From IMG/VR virus record IMGVR_UViG_3300029288_003766, positions 153,787-214,968 of that record: 61,182 nt of DNA; one strand, 5' to 3'. The stretch is from a virus (taxonomy: Duplodnaviria; Heunggongvirae; Uroviricota; Caudoviricetes). Below, piece after piece: positions 28,895 through 39,512 of the stretch (positions within the stretch are counted from its first letter, which is position 1; every line of letters begins with the position of its first letter). The notes beneath the pieces were generated by a model that saw only the letters and a list, made by a program, of their open reading frames with translations, was not told the DNA's origin and made no database searches. The position numbers were made by a program, and so were the translations under genes.

Positions 28895-30412
28895 ATGTCA
28901 GAGAGATGGTCGGCGAATAAATTATATTTTGATGAAGCATCCAGAGGAATTAGCGGTGGCGTTTACTCCGATGACTCCAAGAATTGGGATGCAGATGCTG
29001 CGTCTATAATCTTGTGTCTCAGCCACCTTATAGAGAACAAAAACAAACTTATATTCCGCGAATCAGGAACGCTACGTTGTAAAACACAATTTGTAGGTAT
29101 TGAAGATTATTCAAACTATGTTGATCTCATAAAGCTCGTTCCAGAAAAGTTTCGAGGATCAACAGCTCTTCAAGAGTTGTTGTATGTTTTTGGTTTGGAA
29201 TCTGGAAGCTGGATAGGAAAGATAAATGATTTACAATCTATAATTGATAAGTATCAAGTAGGCGACGATTATATTCAATATTTAGCTGATTTGGTTGGGC
29301 TTCAGTTTATAGTCACACCAGCAACTACTCTTGAAGATAAACGACGCCAGTTAATTCAAGTTATTGATTGGTACAAAATGAAGGGAACATATGAAGCATT
29401 ACAAGTTATACAATATACGTTAGATCTAAATATCAATCTTTGGGATATGTACACGAATGACTATTCAACATTTGTTCCAGTTCCTTGGTACACAGGAAAG
29501 ATAAATACTAATCCCACTGGAAGTGTAACAACCGAAGCGATTACGGGGACCTCTGGTACGTTTTTGAAAACTCCAATAGTTTTGGGATCTGTGGTGTTAA
29601 CAAATGGAACAGAAACATTTACAGATGTAGTTACCCCAGGAACATTAGTGTCTTCACTTTCCGCAGGCAACTCAGGTACTGTTACTTCTGGTGGTGTTTG
29701 GTCTGTGACTGGTTGGACAGGAGTTGGTTCAAGAATGGCTACGTATAAGTTTTCTATGGGGTTAGATTATTATAAATCTCCACACTTTGGTATTGAAGTG
29801 TGTCTTAACCAAGTATATGGCTCTGCTTCAGCCTCATACTTGTTTGATGGAGACGAGACATATACTAGTTTGGTTAATTATGTAGAGAGAGTTAGACCTA
29901 TAAATGTAGTTCCACATTATACTATCTTTCTAAATCCTGTTACTACACAATCTGGAGCAGTTTATATGGTTGATGGTAATATTTATACAATAGCGTTAGG
30001 TGACTGGACACCTAGTCAAGTAAACTACGATGATGCTACTAGTGCGGGAGCAATAAATAAGTATGATAATAATCAATACTATGATTATACAACATTAGGT
30101 TTTTATAATAATATTACTATATGGGGAATTGGCACAGGTAACAAAAACGTAATACCTGATTCTAGTTTTACAATGGAAAACCCCGTCCTAACTAACTTTG
30201 GTGGTTCCATTAATGCACCTATTACTGTTAATGTACAAAATACGTATGTTGATTTTAGTTTTCAGTTACCTAGTACGTTAACAAATACTTCTTTATCAGA
30301 GTTAGGTTTATACTATGCTGATGGGACGACAATAATGTTAGGTTGTACCTTTCCAAATATTGATTTAGTTTCGGGTATCGCATTACGAGTACTTATTAGA
30401 GTTTACTACTAA
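28895..30412 (+). CDS. Baseplate protein (P2 gpI/gp7-like)
   Basis: YIQYLADLVG, WYKMKGT, ERVRPINV, ELGLY; follows the J-like gene. Confidence 0.7.
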   Translation: MSERWSANKLYFDEASRGISGGVYSDDSKNWDADAASIILCLSHLIENKNKLIFRESGTLRCKTQFVGIEDYSNYVDLIKLVPEKFRGSTALQELLYVFGLESGSWIGKINDLQSIIDKYQVGDDYIQYLADLVGLQFIVTPATTLEDKRRQLIQVIDWYKMKGTYEALQVIQYTLDLNINLWDMYTNDYSTFVPVPWYTGKINTNPTGSVTTEAITGTSGTFLKTPIVLGSVVLTNGTETFTDVVTPGTLVSSLSAGNSGTVTSGGVWSVTGWTGVGSRMATYKFSMGLDYYKSPHFGIEVCLNQVYGSASASYLFDGDETYTSLVNYVERVRPINVVPHYTIFLNPVTTQSGAVYMVDGNIYTIALGDWTPSQVNYDDATSAGAINKYDNNQYYDYTTLGFYNNITIWGIGTGNKNVIPDSSFTMENPVLTNFGGSINAPITVNVQNTYVDFSFQLPSTLTNTSLSELGLYYADGTTIMLGCTFPNIDLVSGIALRVLIRVYY

Positions 30413-30478
30413 AATGAAAAGAATTGAAAGATAAAACTACTTTGATAACTAAGTTGAAAAAGTTTAACAATGGAGGAA

Positions 30479-31654
30479 ATGATGCCAATAGACACAGGGA
30501 ACCAGACAGTTCATATTAAGTATTTTGACCCATTAATAAATACAGCTGGAAACTTTATAGCGTTGGATGTAAGGAAACCAGGTATTTACAGTGGCGGTTA
30601 CTTAACACGTGTAAGTGACATAAGTGTATCGTTATCTACCTTAGCTTGTGAAATCGCTGATTCAGGTGTAACAGGTAATCAGGTTAGAATTACAACTGGA
30701 GCAGCTGTATCAATAACGGTAGCTGTAGCTACTCCGTTAGTTGTTTTGCGTTGGACATATACTGGAAGTGCTACTGCTGACTACATGGATTTTGTTGCTG
30801 TTGCAGATGGAAATCAGTTACCAACCGATGTTGTAGTCGGATTGTGTACTTTTTCTGGTTCAACCCTAACTGGTTTTGATTACACTGATAGAACGAATCC
30901 TAATGTTATGGATTTATTTTTGAAAGTTGAACCAACCAGTCCAGCATCAATGTACTTGCGTGTTAGATCAGGACGAGTAAACTATGGAAGTGCTAATTAT
31001 GATATTGTTGATCAAAGTACTTCTGTATTTTCCGCCCCAGGAAGTGGAAGCAGAATTGATCTTGTTCAAGTTAGTACAAGTGGTGTTGTAACACTAACTA
31101 CCGGAGTAGCATCAGCAACACCTTCAGCTCCAAGCTATGGAAACTTAGTTACATTAGCTGAAATTACTATTGCTTCGGGTGCAACTACTCTTACTGCTTC
31201 TAATATAAAGGATGTAAGAAATTATGTAGGTAACTCTTTTTCGAATGCTGTTCTAACCTCGGGGAATCAAACAATTGCTGATGTGAAGACATTTACTTCA
31301 TTCCCTGTTGGACCATCAACTATTCCCACTACTGACTATCAGCTTACCAACAAGAAAGATGTTGATGCTAAAACAGCGATGGGAACTTGGGCCGCACGGA
31401 GTGCAAATACTGTCTACACTGAGACAACAGGTGGGTTTGTTGTTGGGTCTATAACTAAGAGTGACAACAGTAATGCTTTTGTAACAATGCAAACTCCGAG
31501 TGGAACAATTAGACAAAAAATAGGAGCTTACCCTTATGGAAGCTATAACTACTTACCAATAAGTTGTCCAGTTAAAAAAAGTAACACTTGGCAGCTTGTT
31601 ACTTCAGGAGTAATTACTGTAGATTATCTATACTTTCTTCCGTTAGGTACATAG
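30479..31654 (+). CDS. Tail fibre protein
   Basis: SRIDLV, LAEITI, NIKDVR, GNQTIADVKTF fibre motifs. Start ATG 30479 or 30482 after GGAGG. Confidence 0.7.
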   Translation: MMPIDTGNQTVHIKYFDPLINTAGNFIALDVRKPGIYSGGYLTRVSDISVSLSTLACEIADSGVTGNQVRITTGAAVSITVAVATPLVVLRWTYTGSATADYMDFVAVADGNQLPTDVVVGLCTFSGSTLTGFDYTDRTNPNVMDLFLKVEPTSPASMYLRVRSGRVNYGSANYDIVDQSTSVFSAPGSGSRIDLVQVSTSGVVTLTTGVASATPSAPSYGNLVTLAEITIASGATTLTASNIKDVRNYVGNSFSNAVLTSGNQTIADVKTFTSFPVGPSTIPTTDYQLTNKKDVDAKTAMGTWAARSANTVYTETTGGFVVGSITKSDNSNAFVTMQTPSGTIRQKIGAYPYGSYNYLPISCPVKKSNTWQLVTSGVITVDYLYFLPLGT

Positions 31655-31669
31655 TTAAAGGGAGGTTGT

Positions 31670-32731
31670 ATGATTCGACTTTTTCGTCCTTATGTACCTC
31701 AAGAAGGAATTGGAGAAGTAGTTCGGGTTTTGGAATCAGACATAATTGGCCAAGGGCCTAAAGTTGATCAATTTGAGAGAGACTTTTCAAACTTATTCGA
31801 TGTTAAGTATCCCGTATCTGTAAATTCGGGTTCGTCTGCTTTAGAAATGGCATATGATCTTATTGGCCTTAAAAAAGGTGATGAGGTAATTACAACTCCA
31901 CTCACTTGTTCGGCTACAAACATTTTCCTTGCTCGTAGAGGTGTTAAACTAGTGTGGGCTGATATATTGCCTGATACATTATGTATTGATCCTTTGGACG
32001 TACACGCCAAAATAACTAGCAAGACTAAGGCTGTTGTACAAGTTCACCTTGGTGGTCTCCGTGCTGATGTGGGGAGAATCCACATTCCAGTTATTTCTGA
32101 TGCTGCTCAGGCATTAGGAGTCTTTACAGGAGATTATACTTGTTGCTCATTTCAGGCGATTAAGCACATTACTACAGGTGATGGAGGTATGGTTACTTGT
32201 CCAGATGAAGAAACATACAAAAAAGCTAAGACCATGCGCTGGTTCGGTATCGACCGGGAAAGAAAACTTCCCGAGGGTTGGGAGAATTATCGGATGCGTA
32301 TGATGAGTTTTGATCTTGAAATGCTTGGGGCTAAGCGGCATATGAATGATATTGCGGCTACATTAGGAATTGCTGGTCTTCACAATTATAACAGGATGAT
32401 GAAACATCGTTCTGATTTATTTGATATATACCGAGAAGAGTTATCAAAGGTTGATGGTATTAAATTACTTGATTGTAAAGGAAATACCCATTGGTTAGCT
32501 ACAGTATTAGTAGAACGTCGTGATGATTTTGCTAGAAACCTTTGGGAGCATAATATAGAATCGAATATAGTTCAAGTTCGAAACGACGGGTACACAGTAT
32601 TCGGAGGCAAGAAAGCTGATCTGCCAGTGATGAATATGGTTGAAGATAAATATATTTCTCTTCCCATTGGAATGCATGTAAGCGCAGACGACGTTCGCCT
32701 CATAACAGATATCATAAAGAAGGGATGGTAA
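31670..32731 (+). CDS. DegT/DnrJ/EryC1/StrS PLP-dependent sugar aminotransferase
   Basis: GPKVDQFE, VNSGSSAL, SDAAQALG, SFQAIKHITTGDGG (catalytic Lys). Confidence 0.95.
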   Translation: MIRLFRPYVPQEGIGEVVRVLESDIIGQGPKVDQFERDFSNLFDVKYPVSVNSGSSALEMAYDLIGLKKGDEVITTPLTCSATNIFLARRGVKLVWADILPDTLCIDPLDVHAKITSKTKAVVQVHLGGLRADVGRIHIPVISDAAQALGVFTGDYTCCSFQAIKHITTGDGGMVTCPDEETYKKAKTMRWFGIDRERKLPEGWENYRMRMMSFDLEMLGAKRHMNDIAATLGIAGLHNYNRMMKHRSDLFDIYREELSKVDGIKLLDCKGNTHWLATVLVERRDDFARNLWEHNIESNIVQVRNDGYTVFGGKKADLPVMNMVEDKYISLPIGMHVSADDVRLITDIIKKGW

Positions 32732-32734
32732 TCA

Positions 32735-35611
32735 ATGGCGAAATGCCCAGTTTGCGGGATAGATATTCCACATTGGAATTCTGAAAGTGTCCCTAGTGGA
32801 CACTTAATAGTTTCAAAATCTGCAGTAGACAGTCACATTCATGTACATGGTAATCTTGAGAATAAGCTTCTTATGCGTGAACTTCTTGAGACTGCCCAAA
32901 CCGAATGTCATTTTGATCTCTCATCAAAAAATACGCTTACCCATAAAGAATATATTTTTCATAACAGACAACGTATTGGCGATATGCTTATGTTCACTTG
33001 TGGCATTCGTGATTTCAAACTAGCCTACCCAGAAGCAAAAGTAGGCGTGGTTGGTACAGCTATGCATATTTGGGATAACAGCCCATATATCACTCCAGAT
33101 CTTTGTATAAAACCTTCAGAATTTGAATCAGTAATAGGCGGTGATTTAATAAAAGAAGCATCTTCTGAGCGGATGTTAATAAAAATAGGCCCGAGTAGAC
33201 TCACTAATTCCAGCAATCGTATTGACTGGCACTTTGCTAATGCGTTTAGAGTATCAATGGAAGACGCATTGCACATTCATATTCCTCAAGGAGAGTCACG
33301 ACCGGATATTTGGTTTACAGAAGATGAATATAACGCTCCGCGTGTAGACTCCCGTCCTTATTGGATTATTTGTGTAAATGGTGAATTGGGTTGGGGCTGC
33401 AAGATGTACCCGTTTGATCGTTGGCAAGAGTTTGTAAGTCAAAATCCTGATGTTGTTTTTTATCAAATAGGAGCAAAAGGAGACAAATCTCTAAGGCTTA
33501 AAGGTGATAACATAGTTGATTATGTTGGGAAGACAGAAGACAAAAATACAGGAGTTAGAGACTTATTCAAATTATTTCTTAACGCCGAAGGGTCAATTGG
33601 ATTAGTTAGTTTCCATATGCATCTTTCTGGAGCTTTACACAAACCCGCAATTATAGTAGCGGGTGCTCGTGAGCCTGTATCATTTACTCAATATGCAGGT
33701 CATCGTTATATGGCTACAGACGGCTGTTTGCCTTGTGGCGTAAAAGCTTGTTGGCACTGTGATATAAATAATTGCAAGAATCTTGTACACATTAATCATT
33801 GTGATCCTATGAGTGGTTCAGATTTGGCCAAAACTGAAGATTATAGTGAAAAAGTTCCCAAATGTGTGGATATGATCACTCCAGAGGACCTGACTCGGGC
33901 GTTAAATATGTATTATATAGGTAGACGATTAAAAAAAGATGTACCAAGTGCTAAATCAAAGTTAAACAATATAATTAAGGGTCCTTCAATTATAGCAGCG
34001 TCAGCAATTCAGGAAGTTCCTCAAGGACCAAAGGTTGATATATCCAAGTATGGAATAGAATGGGGAGGAAGTGGTATCACGGATAGAGATTGGGACTTTA
34101 TGCGAAGTACTATTGAAAAAAATAATGTTAAGACAGTACTTGAGTTTGGAACAGGTTTGCCTACTCTATTGATGAATGATCTGGGGCTAAAAGTTGTTAC
34201 TTATGAAACTACACAGAGTTTGATAGATCAAATAAAGAAACTAAATCCAAATATAGATATTAGACTATGGGATGGTAAAAACTTATTAGAATTTTCAGAT
34301 AAATATGATATGGCATTTGTAGATGGTCCGGCGGGTGGAGCTAACAGAGAACAATCGACCAAAATAGCATCTGAAGTAGCTGACGTAGTAATAATTCATG
34401 ACGCTGGACGGGAGAACGAACGAAAGTGGCAGGATAAGTATATTAAGGGTAAATTTGATGGACCGGGAAAGGGTGGCCACAGATGTCACGTATGGATCAA
34501 AAAAGACTACTCTAATATAGGAGTAGGAAACAGTGATAGTCAACCTACAATATCAACAAATTCTGATGATGTTCTGTGTGTTATTGAGAATAAACCTCTG
34601 AAAGAACATCCTATTTCTAACAAAACTGGAAAGTATATTAAGTTTGTAAGTACGGCACGAGGCTGGGGTGGTTGCGCACGTTCTATTACTACAATAATGA
34701 AGATGCTTTTGGACGCTGGTCATCGAGTAGAATTTATACCATTTCGTAATAGCGTGGGAAGTCAGGAGTTTAAGCATTGTCTTTCAACAAGTCTACAAGA
34801 TGTTAAAGTATCGTTAGATTACACTACCTTAAAAGAGCAATGTGATGTTTTGGTAGTATATGCTGATGATTATGTGTGGGAGTTCAAAACATCAGAAGTA
34901 GCGGATATTTTTTCCGAGATAGCAGCTGATCATAAAGTTATGGTTGTCAACTACCGAATAGGTAGTATTGGTATCACACCTTGGACACAGGGTTGGGATA
35001 AATATTTGTTCTTAAATAGTAATCAAGAGAATGAACTTCTTAAACTTTGCCCTCAAGCATCAACTCGTGTTCTTTCTCCCTGTGCGGATCTCACAGACTT
35101 TTTAGAAGTGCAGCCAAATTATGATGGCCCAATTAGAATCGTACGGCACAACTCTCAAGGTGATACAAAGTTTGCTAAAGACTGCGGAAATGAAATACAA
35201 GCAATGCTTAATTGCCGCCAGGATCTGGGGATAAAGATGATGCCTGGTCCTAGCTTTGTAGCAGAGACTGATCGTTTTAAGAAGGTTCCAAAGAATGATC
35301 CTCCTATTCCTCAATTTTTGGGAACTGGAAATCTTTTTTGGTACTCCCTACCTCAAGGATATATGGATGCTGGTCCACGCGTAGTTATTGAAGCTATGGC
35401 TGCTGGTTTGCCAGTACTTGCTGACAATTGGGGTGGCACAGTGGATAGAGTGACCCCAGAAACAGGCTGGATTTGTAATACTAAAGAACAGATGGTTGAT
35501 ATAGTTAAGAATATAACTACTGAAGAACTACGAACAAAAGGCATTGCAGCCAAAGAACGAGCTAAACAGGAATTTGTAGCTAATAATTGGATAAAGGAGA
35601 TTATTGAATGA
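32735..35611 (+). CDS. Three-domain fusion: GT9-like glycosyltransferase + class I SAM methyltransferase + GT4-like glycosyltransferase
   Basis: RIGDMLM...SFHMHLSGALHKP (GT9-like); VLEFGTG...YDMAFVDG...IIHD (Methyltransf_24-like); RVVIEAMAAGLPVLAD (GT4-like). Confidence 0.78.
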   Translation: MAKCPVCGIDIPHWNSESVPSGHLIVSKSAVDSHIHVHGNLENKLLMRELLETAQTECHFDLSSKNTLTHKEYIFHNRQRIGDMLMFTCGIRDFKLAYPEAKVGVVGTAMHIWDNSPYITPDLCIKPSEFESVIGGDLIKEASSERMLIKIGPSRLTNSSNRIDWHFANAFRVSMEDALHIHIPQGESRPDIWFTEDEYNAPRVDSRPYWIICVNGELGWGCKMYPFDRWQEFVSQNPDVVFYQIGAKGDKSLRLKGDNIVDYVGKTEDKNTGVRDLFKLFLNAEGSIGLVSFHMHLSGALHKPAIIVAGAREPVSFTQYAGHRYMATDGCLPCGVKACWHCDINNCKNLVHINHCDPMSGSDLAKTEDYSEKVPKCVDMITPEDLTRALNMYYIGRRLKKDVPSAKSKLNNIIKGPSIIAASAIQEVPQGPKVDISKYGIEWGGSGITDRDWDFMRSTIEKNNVKTVLEFGTGLPTLLMNDLGLKVVTYETTQSLIDQIKKLNPNIDIRLWDGKNLLEFSDKYDMAFVDGPAGGANREQSTKIASEVADVVIIHDAGRENERKWQDKYIKGKFDGPGKGGHRCHVWIKKDYSNIGVGNSDSQPTISTNSDDVLCVIENKPLKEHPISNKTGKYIKFVSTARGWGGCARSITTIMKMLLDAGHRVEFIPFRNSVGSQEFKHCLSTSLQDVKVSLDYTTLKEQCDVLVVYADDYVWEFKTSEVADIFSEIAADHKVMVVNYRIGSIGITPWTQGWDKYLFLNSNQENELLKLCPQASTRVLSPCADLTDFLEVQPNYDGPIRIVRHNSQGDTKFAKDCGNEIQAMLNCRQDLGIKMMPGPSFVAETDRFKKVPKNDPPIPQFLGTGNLFWYSLPQGYMDAGPRVVIEAMAAGLPVLADNWGGTVDRVTPETGWICNTKEQMVDIVKNITTEELRTKGIAAKERAKQEFVANNWIKEIIE

Positions 35612-36177
35612 TTTCTTTAGAGAAATTTATTGAGCATGTATCAAATGATAGAATAGATATATGTAGACAAGAAAGTGTAATTCGTGATGGTCATGCTTGG
35701 TGTGCTGATTGGTGGACGATAGAAATGGGAAGATATTTTTTACTTGGTGAAGATGAATATAGAAAACAAAAGTCAGAGTTTCTGGAGCACAATAGTTTAG
35801 AAACTAAAGATGAAATTATTAATGAATTTGAACATAAAAAATTGATGCTTAAAGTATTAGAAAGTCACAAAGATTTTTCAGACAAGGTTTTGTTTTGTGA
35901 AGTTGGTAGGGGATTGGATATAGTTTTAACAAGCGCAATAAAGAATTGGAGTAAAATAACTTGTTATGATGGCAATAATTTTGTTGTTGAAAAAACAGCA
36001 CAATTATTTCCAGAAGCCGAGTGTATATGTGAAAATACATATAGATATTTTGAGAATCTTATGATCGATGAATCAACTATCTTGATTGCTCATCATACAA
36101 GAATAGGCAACAAAGAAAAAGAGATTATCAAGAAAAATAGTAATATTTTAGCTATTATCAACGGAGAACTGCTATGA
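35608..36177 (+). CDS. Hypothetical protein, possible degenerate SAM-binding fold
   Basis: Coupled ORF; VLFCEVGRGLD...ITCYD. Confidence 0.5.
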   Translation: MISLEKFIEHVSNDRIDICRQESVIRDGHAWCADWWTIEMGRYFLLGEDEYRKQKSEFLEHNSLETKDEIINEFEHKKLMLKVLESHKDFSDKVLFCEVGRGLDIVLTSAIKNWSKITCYDGNNFVVEKTAQLFPEAECICENTYRYFENLMIDESTILIAHHTRIGNKEKEIIKKNSNILAIINGELL

Positions 36178-37175
36178 AACGAGTACTTATAACAGGTGGT
36201 TGCGGTTTTTTAGGTGCACATCTAATTGAACATATAGTTGAAAATACCGATTGGGAAATAGTTATATTAGATAGACTATCTTATGCTTCAAATATGCATA
36301 GTGTTACTGGTGTTGAACTGCTTGAAGAAGTTACAGATAGTAAGAAAGAGTATCTTTCGCGCATTTCATTTATTTGGCATGATTTAGCTGCATCTATGGA
36401 TCACCTAAAATTACCGGATTTTGATTATGTTGTACATCTGGCTGCTGAAACCCATGTAGATAGAAGCACAGAAGATTCGAGACAGTTTGTTTGTAGTAAT
36501 GTTTTAGGTACCGCAAATCTTTTAGAATATTTGAGAAGAAAACAATCTAATATCAAAAAGATAATTAATTTCAGTACCGATGAGGTATATGGTGCTGCTG
36601 ATGTTGGGGTAGCATATAAAGAGTTTGATTGCCTGCGTCCTTCTAATCCCTATAGTGCTGCTAAGGCTGGACAGGATATGATAGCCTATAGTTTTGCACA
36701 TGCTTATCAAATGCCTATACTTACAACTCGTTGTATGAATATGTTTGGTGAAAGACAAAATCACGAGAAGTTTATACCAAAAACACTAAGAAGTATTATA
36801 AGTGGTGAAAAAGTCATTCTGCATGGTAGTCCTAATCTTTCAAGTTCAAGATTTTGGATTCACGCTCGCAACGTATCTGATGCGGTTATTTACCTACTTA
36901 CTCACGATACAGAGATAAATGATATGTTTCATATCGCAGGTATAGAATTCACAGTATATGAAATAGCAATGAAGATTCAAGAGATACTAAATATTAAATT
37001 TGATATAGAATGGGTTGATTTTCAAACTGCAAGGCCTGGTTGTGATGCTCGATATGCACTTGATGGTTCTAAACTAGAGCGTTTTGGCTGGAAACAACCT
37101 ATTAGCTTTGAAGATTCTTTTATAAAGACAATAAAATGGATGTATAGTTTTGATCACAGGAAGTGGTTATTATAA
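36174..37175 (+). CDS. rfbB: NDP-glucose 4,6-dehydratase (RmlB/RfbB-like)
   Basis: TGGCGFLG, HLAAETHVDRS, STDEVYG, PSNPYSAAK, EKFIP. Confidence 0.9.
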   Translation: MKRVLITGGCGFLGAHLIEHIVENTDWEIVILDRLSYASNMHSVTGVELLEEVTDSKKEYLSRISFIWHDLAASMDHLKLPDFDYVVHLAAETHVDRSTEDSRQFVCSNVLGTANLLEYLRRKQSNIKKIINFSTDEVYGAADVGVAYKEFDCLRPSNPYSAAKAGQDMIAYSFAHAYQMPILTTRCMNMFGERQNHEKFIPKTLRSIISGEKVILHGSPNLSSSRFWIHARNVSDAVIYLLTHDTEINDMFHIAGIEFTVYEIAMKIQEILNIKFDIEWVDFQTARPGCDARYALDGSKLERFGWKQPISFEDSFIKTIKWMYSFDHRKWLL

Positions 37176-37188
37176 CTGGAGGAAATAA

Positions 37189-37854
37189 ATGCAAGATCAA
37201 GATACGCAGCATATGGATAAGGGCATCGTTGATGCGTTTCATATTGAGTGGGAGAACAGTCGGGCGTATGAACAACAGCGTTGGTTGGGAGTACCAATTT
37301 GGAAGAACCCTTTTGATGCTTTTGCCCTACAGGATATTATCTTCAAGGTGCGGCCAGATTATATTATTGAAACCGGAACAGCTTATGGCGGATCAGCACT
37401 CTTTTTTGGAAGCATCCTTGAGATGATTGGGCATGGTAAGGTGCTTACTATAGACAACGCTCCTAAGGTCTGGCCAGTAAATGATATAGCGGTGCGTATC
37501 AAGGAACGTAGAATTACCGCGTTTATAGATAGTAGTGTAAACCCGGATCTTATTAACCTCATATATGGTATTGGAGAGAATAGTATGTGTATGGTGGTGT
37601 TAGACTCATGGCATTGCAAGGATCATGTGCTGCAGGAGCTAAAGCTTTATTCTAAGCTGGTTCCAGTGGGATCTTACATTATCGTTGAGGATACGCACGT
37701 GTCCGGGCACCCGGTTGAGTGGAAATGGGGTGATGGCCCTTATGAGGCAGTGCAGGATTTCCTTAAAGAGAATGATGGCTTTGAGATTGATACCCAATAT
37801 GAATCACTTGGGTTTACTAATAATCCTTCAGGATACCTAAGGAGAATCAAATGA
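37189..37854 (+). CDS. CmcI/rhamnosyl O-methyltransferase family protein
   Basis: WLGVPIWKNPFD, RPDYIIETGTAYGGSA, VVLDSWH, YIIVEDT, NPSGYL. Confidence 0.9.
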   Translation: MQDQDTQHMDKGIVDAFHIEWENSRAYEQQRWLGVPIWKNPFDAFALQDIIFKVRPDYIIETGTAYGGSALFFGSILEMIGHGKVLTIDNAPKVWPVNDIAVRIKERRITAFIDSSVNPDLINLIYGIGENSMCMVVLDSWHCKDHVLQELKLYSKLVPVGSYIIVEDTHVSGHPVEWKWGDGPYEAVQDFLKENDGFEIDTQYESLGFTNNPSGYLRRIK

Positions 37855-38891
37855 AGTTCAAAATTGGGTTTTTCTGTGAAGAAAGTGGCTCAAGTATGAT
37901 CATTGATTTATTTCAGGATGCGCTTGGAAATCACCCTGCAGTAGAGAGTGTTGATTGGGAGTGGGTGTTTCCTAGATTTGGTAAAGATGTATTAACCAGA
38001 GTTGGGGCACAATATCTTATAGATAATATAAAGAAATATGATCTGATTTTCATCAATCTTGATGTTATACCATCTAGATTGAAGCTATTCAATGATCTGA
38101 ACCTATGGGATAAGATCATCATCTATGATATAAAAGACAATCAGATACTATTTGATCCCGTCACTGGTGAGGTTAGCAATGAATGGGTTAGTAAGCCTCT
38201 GATGTATATTAAGCGTTCTTGGGAAGAGTATTATTTACCCGTCAACAGGGAGAAGATGATTCCTCTAGATTTTGCGGTTCTGGATGCATATTTAGACGTT
38301 TTGCCTATCAATTACTATGATCGCCGGGATCTATCGATTACCAATACCCTGATACAGGGAAAAAGGCCCGGGTGCCCGCGTGATATTATAACAGAGAAGA
38401 TTAAGAGCTTCAACTGGCCAATCATAAATGATGATATAACACAACTGACGTTGTTTTATTCCATAGGCTGGCAGAGCTCTTGGAGGCATGTGGGTTATAG
38501 GGCGGAGTTAAGTCCGGCTGCCCCTCTTATTAATTGGTGGTATGTCTATATGCATATGCTTAGTAGGACTAAGATCCTATTCACGGGAGCATCTCATTCA
38601 GCTATGGGAGATACTAGGACATGGGAGGCGTTCAGCCGCGGACCATTGGTGTTTGTAGATCACATATCTATTCCACAGCCTAACCCTATGATTGCTGGAG
38701 AACATTACATTAAGATTGATATTAATGATACAGATAAAATGATTCAACAAACACTAGAATTATTAAAAGACGAAACTGAAAGGGCAAGGATAGCTAAGGC
38801 TGGGCATGAACATGCTATTAAGTATCATTCAAGCAAGGCTAGAGTAGATTATGTTATGGAAGAGGTAATCAAGAGATGGGTGAATAGATGA
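37851..38891 (+). CDS. Glycosyltransferase (GT-B, Glyco_trans_1_2/CgeB-like)
   Basis: DTRTWEAF...GEHYI...ERARIAKAGHEHAIKYH. Confidence 0.7.
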   Translation: MKFKIGFFCEESGSSMIIDLFQDALGNHPAVESVDWEWVFPRFGKDVLTRVGAQYLIDNIKKYDLIFINLDVIPSRLKLFNDLNLWDKIIIYDIKDNQILFDPVTGEVSNEWVSKPLMYIKRSWEEYYLPVNREKMIPLDFAVLDAYLDVLPINYYDRRDLSITNTLIQGKRPGCPRDIITEKIKSFNWPIINDDITQLTLFYSIGWQSSWRHVGYRAELSPAAPLINWWYVYMHMLSRTKILFTGASHSAMGDTRTWEAFSRGPLVFVDHISIPQPNPMIAGEHYIKIDINDTDKMIQQTLELLKDETERARIAKAGHEHAIKYHSSKARVDYVMEEVIKRWVNR

Positions 38892-39511
38892 GCGGTCGGG
38901 CGCAGGAAATATATGAATCTATAACAAAAAATAAGGAGGCAAATTGGCAAGGAATGGCTATGGTCGGAATGTTGGCTGATTTTACCTTACATTTTGCTAG
39001 CGGAGTAATCATAGAAATAGGTATGGGAGAGAGTTCAGTATACTTAAATATGGTAGGTGCTAAATATGACCGACAAGCTTTTCATTGTGATATTCAAGGA
39101 CATGGGTTTGAGGAAGCTCTAAATGTCCCCGGGTATTTTAGGGAGGATAAATCTAAGTGTGTTATTTATATTGGGTCTTCTGATTCCTTTTTCCAGAGCG
39201 TGGATATACCACCAGTGGCGTTTGCCTTCATAGATGGAGATCACAGGTATGATCAGGTTAAGAAAGATTTCTTTAGTATAAACAATCTGCTGCAAGATAA
39301 TGGTATGATCCTCATGCACGATACTTACCCGCCGGATGATGATTATCTGCCGGAGAACTTATGCGGTTCTTCTTATAAGTTTCGTCAGGAGTTGGAAAAG
39401 GATAATAGATTTGATGTCTTTACATTCCCATTATCAGCGGCCAAGGGAGTAGGATTAACAATGTGCAGGCGCAGAGGGTTAAATTTGCCTTTTTACCAAC
39501 AAGGAGGATAA
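38888..39511 (+). CDS. Class I SAM methyltransferase (Methyltransf_24-like)
   Basis: IIEIGMG, AFIDGDHRY...DF, GMILMHD. Confidence 0.85.
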   Translation: MSGRAQEIYESITKNKEANWQGMAMVGMLADFTLHFASGVIIEIGMGESSVYLNMVGAKYDRQAFHCDIQGHGFEEALNVPGYFREDKSKCVIYIGSSDSFFQSVDIPPVAFAFIDGDHRYDQVKKDFFSINNLLQDNGMILMHDTYPPDDDYLPENLCGSSYKFRQELEKDNRFDVFTFPLSAAKGVGLTMCRRRGLNLPFYQQGG

Positions 39512-39512
39512 T

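Noticed and set aside
12528-31654. Tailocin/eCIS/T6SS interpretation of the sheath-tube-baseplate cluster
   Set aside because: Capsid, neck and head-associated genes plus homing endonucleases indicate a complete phage.
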